DNA of 64,000 bases from Octopus sinensis (taxonomy: Eukaryota), in assembly GCF_006345805.1 (NCBI RefSeq), contig NC_043010.1, forward strand, positions 34,100,001 to 34,164,000, written 5' to 3'. Both the position numbers and the translations under genes were made by a program. Each line of letters starts with the position of its first letter. Within the stretch, counting starts at the first letter, position 1. Shown here one piece after another: positions 61,919 through 64,000 of the stretch. The notes under the pieces are model-generated. The model had not been told where the DNA came from and ran no database searches. It saw only the letters and a list, made by a program, of their open reading frames with translations.

Positions 61919-63580
61919 GCATGTATGTGTACACATATAACTTTTCTCAGAGTAAATCAATAAGGCATGGAAACTGAAAAAATGGTGCTTGTATTCTCTG
62001 AAGTCTTTTGTTGTGTTTGTTCTACAAAGAGTTACAGACACTCCTTTGTCATCACAATTGCTGCCATAAATGCAGTGAACTAATGATCGGCTCATTGGAA
62101 ACCTGTAACCAAGGACAGAATTGTTCACAAGATGTGATATAAAAATAAACAACCTTCTCGAACAATCTTCACATCAATGTTTACATACACATTATAGATT
62201 ATAATGAAATACAAAAGGAAGCTGAGCTGTGGAACTGGTCGATCACTAGATCAAACTTCCTTACAATGTTTACTTTCCAATCATGTTCTTCTGAGCTAAA
62301 ATCCCTTTTTGCTTTTCATCACAGGTATTTGCTGCAGTTAATTTAATTGACTATAATACAGCTGCTCCCTCTCCTTCAACTAATTTAACCACATTTGTTC
62401 TCACAGGTCTTGGGAGAAGCTGTAATGGGCATAGGCGTAGCCATAACCATTTTCTCCAAACAAAGAAAATGAAGTGTATACCCTTATGTCAATCTGAGAA
62501 AACATTATTTTATAACCAATACAAGAAGGTAGAACTGTTAGATTGCTGGACAAAATGCTTATCAGCATTTCTTTCGGCTTTACATTGATTTCAAATGCTG
62601 CTGTGGTTGATTTTACCTTTCATCTCCAGTTCAGTATCAGAATCAATGTAATTGAACCCCTTCTACCTTCTCGTAAGTTTCAGACCTTGTGCCTATTGTA
62701 GAAAAAAATTATTACCAATATGATAAACAAATATATGTATCTATATTATGCAAATTAATAAAGAAGGCTTTATGTGGTTGCCTGATATGCTAGAAATAGC
62801 AGCTAATTTTCTTTTAAATGATATCCTACCATTTGTACTAATGGCTGAAGGATCAACATTTCATGCCCCATCATTTGTATTGTGTTCTTCAAGAAGACAC
62901 TTAGATCGCCAATGGCTCAGTCCACCTAGCTGCAAAGAGGTGAAAATCACTGTAAATCAGTAACATGGAGAAAGAGACACACAAACTACCACTGTATTCA
63001 ACTCAACTGGCAGTAAATAGGTAAGCAGTGGGAGCATAGCACAAATGACAGATGATTCAATGACTTGTATTGCTGAGGTCAAATATTTACCAAATTTATT
63101 AAACTCAGAGAGGGAGGGAGAGTGACTCTCCAGACATTATCAGAGTTTATTCACCTACAGATGAATATATTTCATTAGTAGAAAAACGAAAAAAGTCAAG
63201 TAATCAATTATTTATCACATTAGTGCGAGATAAATAGATATCTATTGATTTGATATTGTTTTGTTTAAAACTGAACAACGACGCAAGAAGTGAATATCAA
63301 TTTAATTAATTAATCTATAAATGTGGAACTCAGCTATTTTTCTTTATAAACTGTTTTGCAATTATTTTCTAGTGTTTGTATGGGTGTAGTGGTTTATTTT
63401 CCGCAGCAAACTTTAATAGCTGGATGTCCCTTCTTATCGCTTTTAACCACTAAAATGTTAACACTGAAAACTATTTTTTTTTGAGTCAGGCGAACTAGAG
63501 CAACAACAGCACAAGTGCATTTTATGTGGCACTGCATGAGTTGATCTAGTCTTTTTTATTTAGCAAGCAAACTAGAGCAA

Positions 63581-63904
63581 CCTATGCTGGTGCTATGCAA
63601 GAAGCACTCATGCTGGTTTCACGTAAAAAAAAAGCATCCATGCCAGTGTCACGTGTAAAATACCCATGCTGGTGCCACATACAAAGCACTTGTGCTGGTG
63701 TCATGTATAAAGCACCTGTGCTGGTGCCACATAAAAAGCACCCAGTATACCCTGGAAAGTGGATGATGTTAGGAAGGGCATCCACCTGTAGAAACCATGC
63801 CAAAACAGACAATACAAGCCTGGCCAGCCCTCCAGCTGGCCAACTCCTATCAAACCATCCAACCCATACCGGCATGGATGGAAAATGGACGTTAAATGAT
63901 GATG
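63581..63904 (+). mobile_element. RTE-tailed SINE-like element with about six 5' GGTGC..GCAC modules and a 12-bp TSD
   Basis: AAACTAGAGCAA flanks the element at 63569-63580 and 63905-63916; the tail is GGACGTTAAATGATGATG. Confidence 0.9.
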
Positions 63905-64000
63905 AAACTAGAGCAAGCAGAGTCAGTGTTTTGCTGAAGAAGTACAACATAATAATAGGAGTATGATCTGAGCTTGTGACCATGGGGGTTATAGACAAGT

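Noticed and set aside
62406-62471. Plus-strand exon giving VLGEAVMGIGVAITIFSKQRK-stop (tail-anchor-like)
   Set aside because: It is an isolated candidate with no partner exons on that strand nearby; a short hydrophobic peptide is easily obtained by chance.

Overview
AT-rich eukaryotic DNA with no complete gene, no intact transposon ORF, no RNA gene and no CRISPR array. The repeat families (tRNA-headed SINEs, SINEs ending in an RTE-like tail plus (GAT)n, dense TA/CA/GA/AAT microsatellites) look like those of Octopus, a coleoid cephalopod; this is recognition from memory, not a search. Nearly every ORF in the supplied track comes from microsatellites or SINEs. The window is probably mostly intron. 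One well-formed minus-strand exon (45890-46000) and two weaker upstream candidates (51655-51691, 53203-53253) splice in frame into an unidentified peptide. Two plus-strand micro-exon candidates lie at 3303-3335 and 32462-32492. Mobile DNA comprises at least five SINE-like families, decayed RTE and CR1-type LINE fragments, and TTAA-, hAT- and Tigger-type MITEs. The most interesting signals are: (1) hammerhead-ribozyme-like cores in several short non-autonomous elements, including a 490-bp palindrome of two head-to-head tRNA-head-to-hammerhead units; (2) a CpG-retaining zone at about 34.5-38.2 kb carrying promoter-type motifs; (3) a same-strand cluster of RFX-like TAGCAAC sites; (4) a young tandem array of about 157-bp units inside one SINE; (5) a 1.34-kb near-identical tandem duplication. 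Repeat boundaries were read by eye and are approximate unless fixed by a TSD or TIR.
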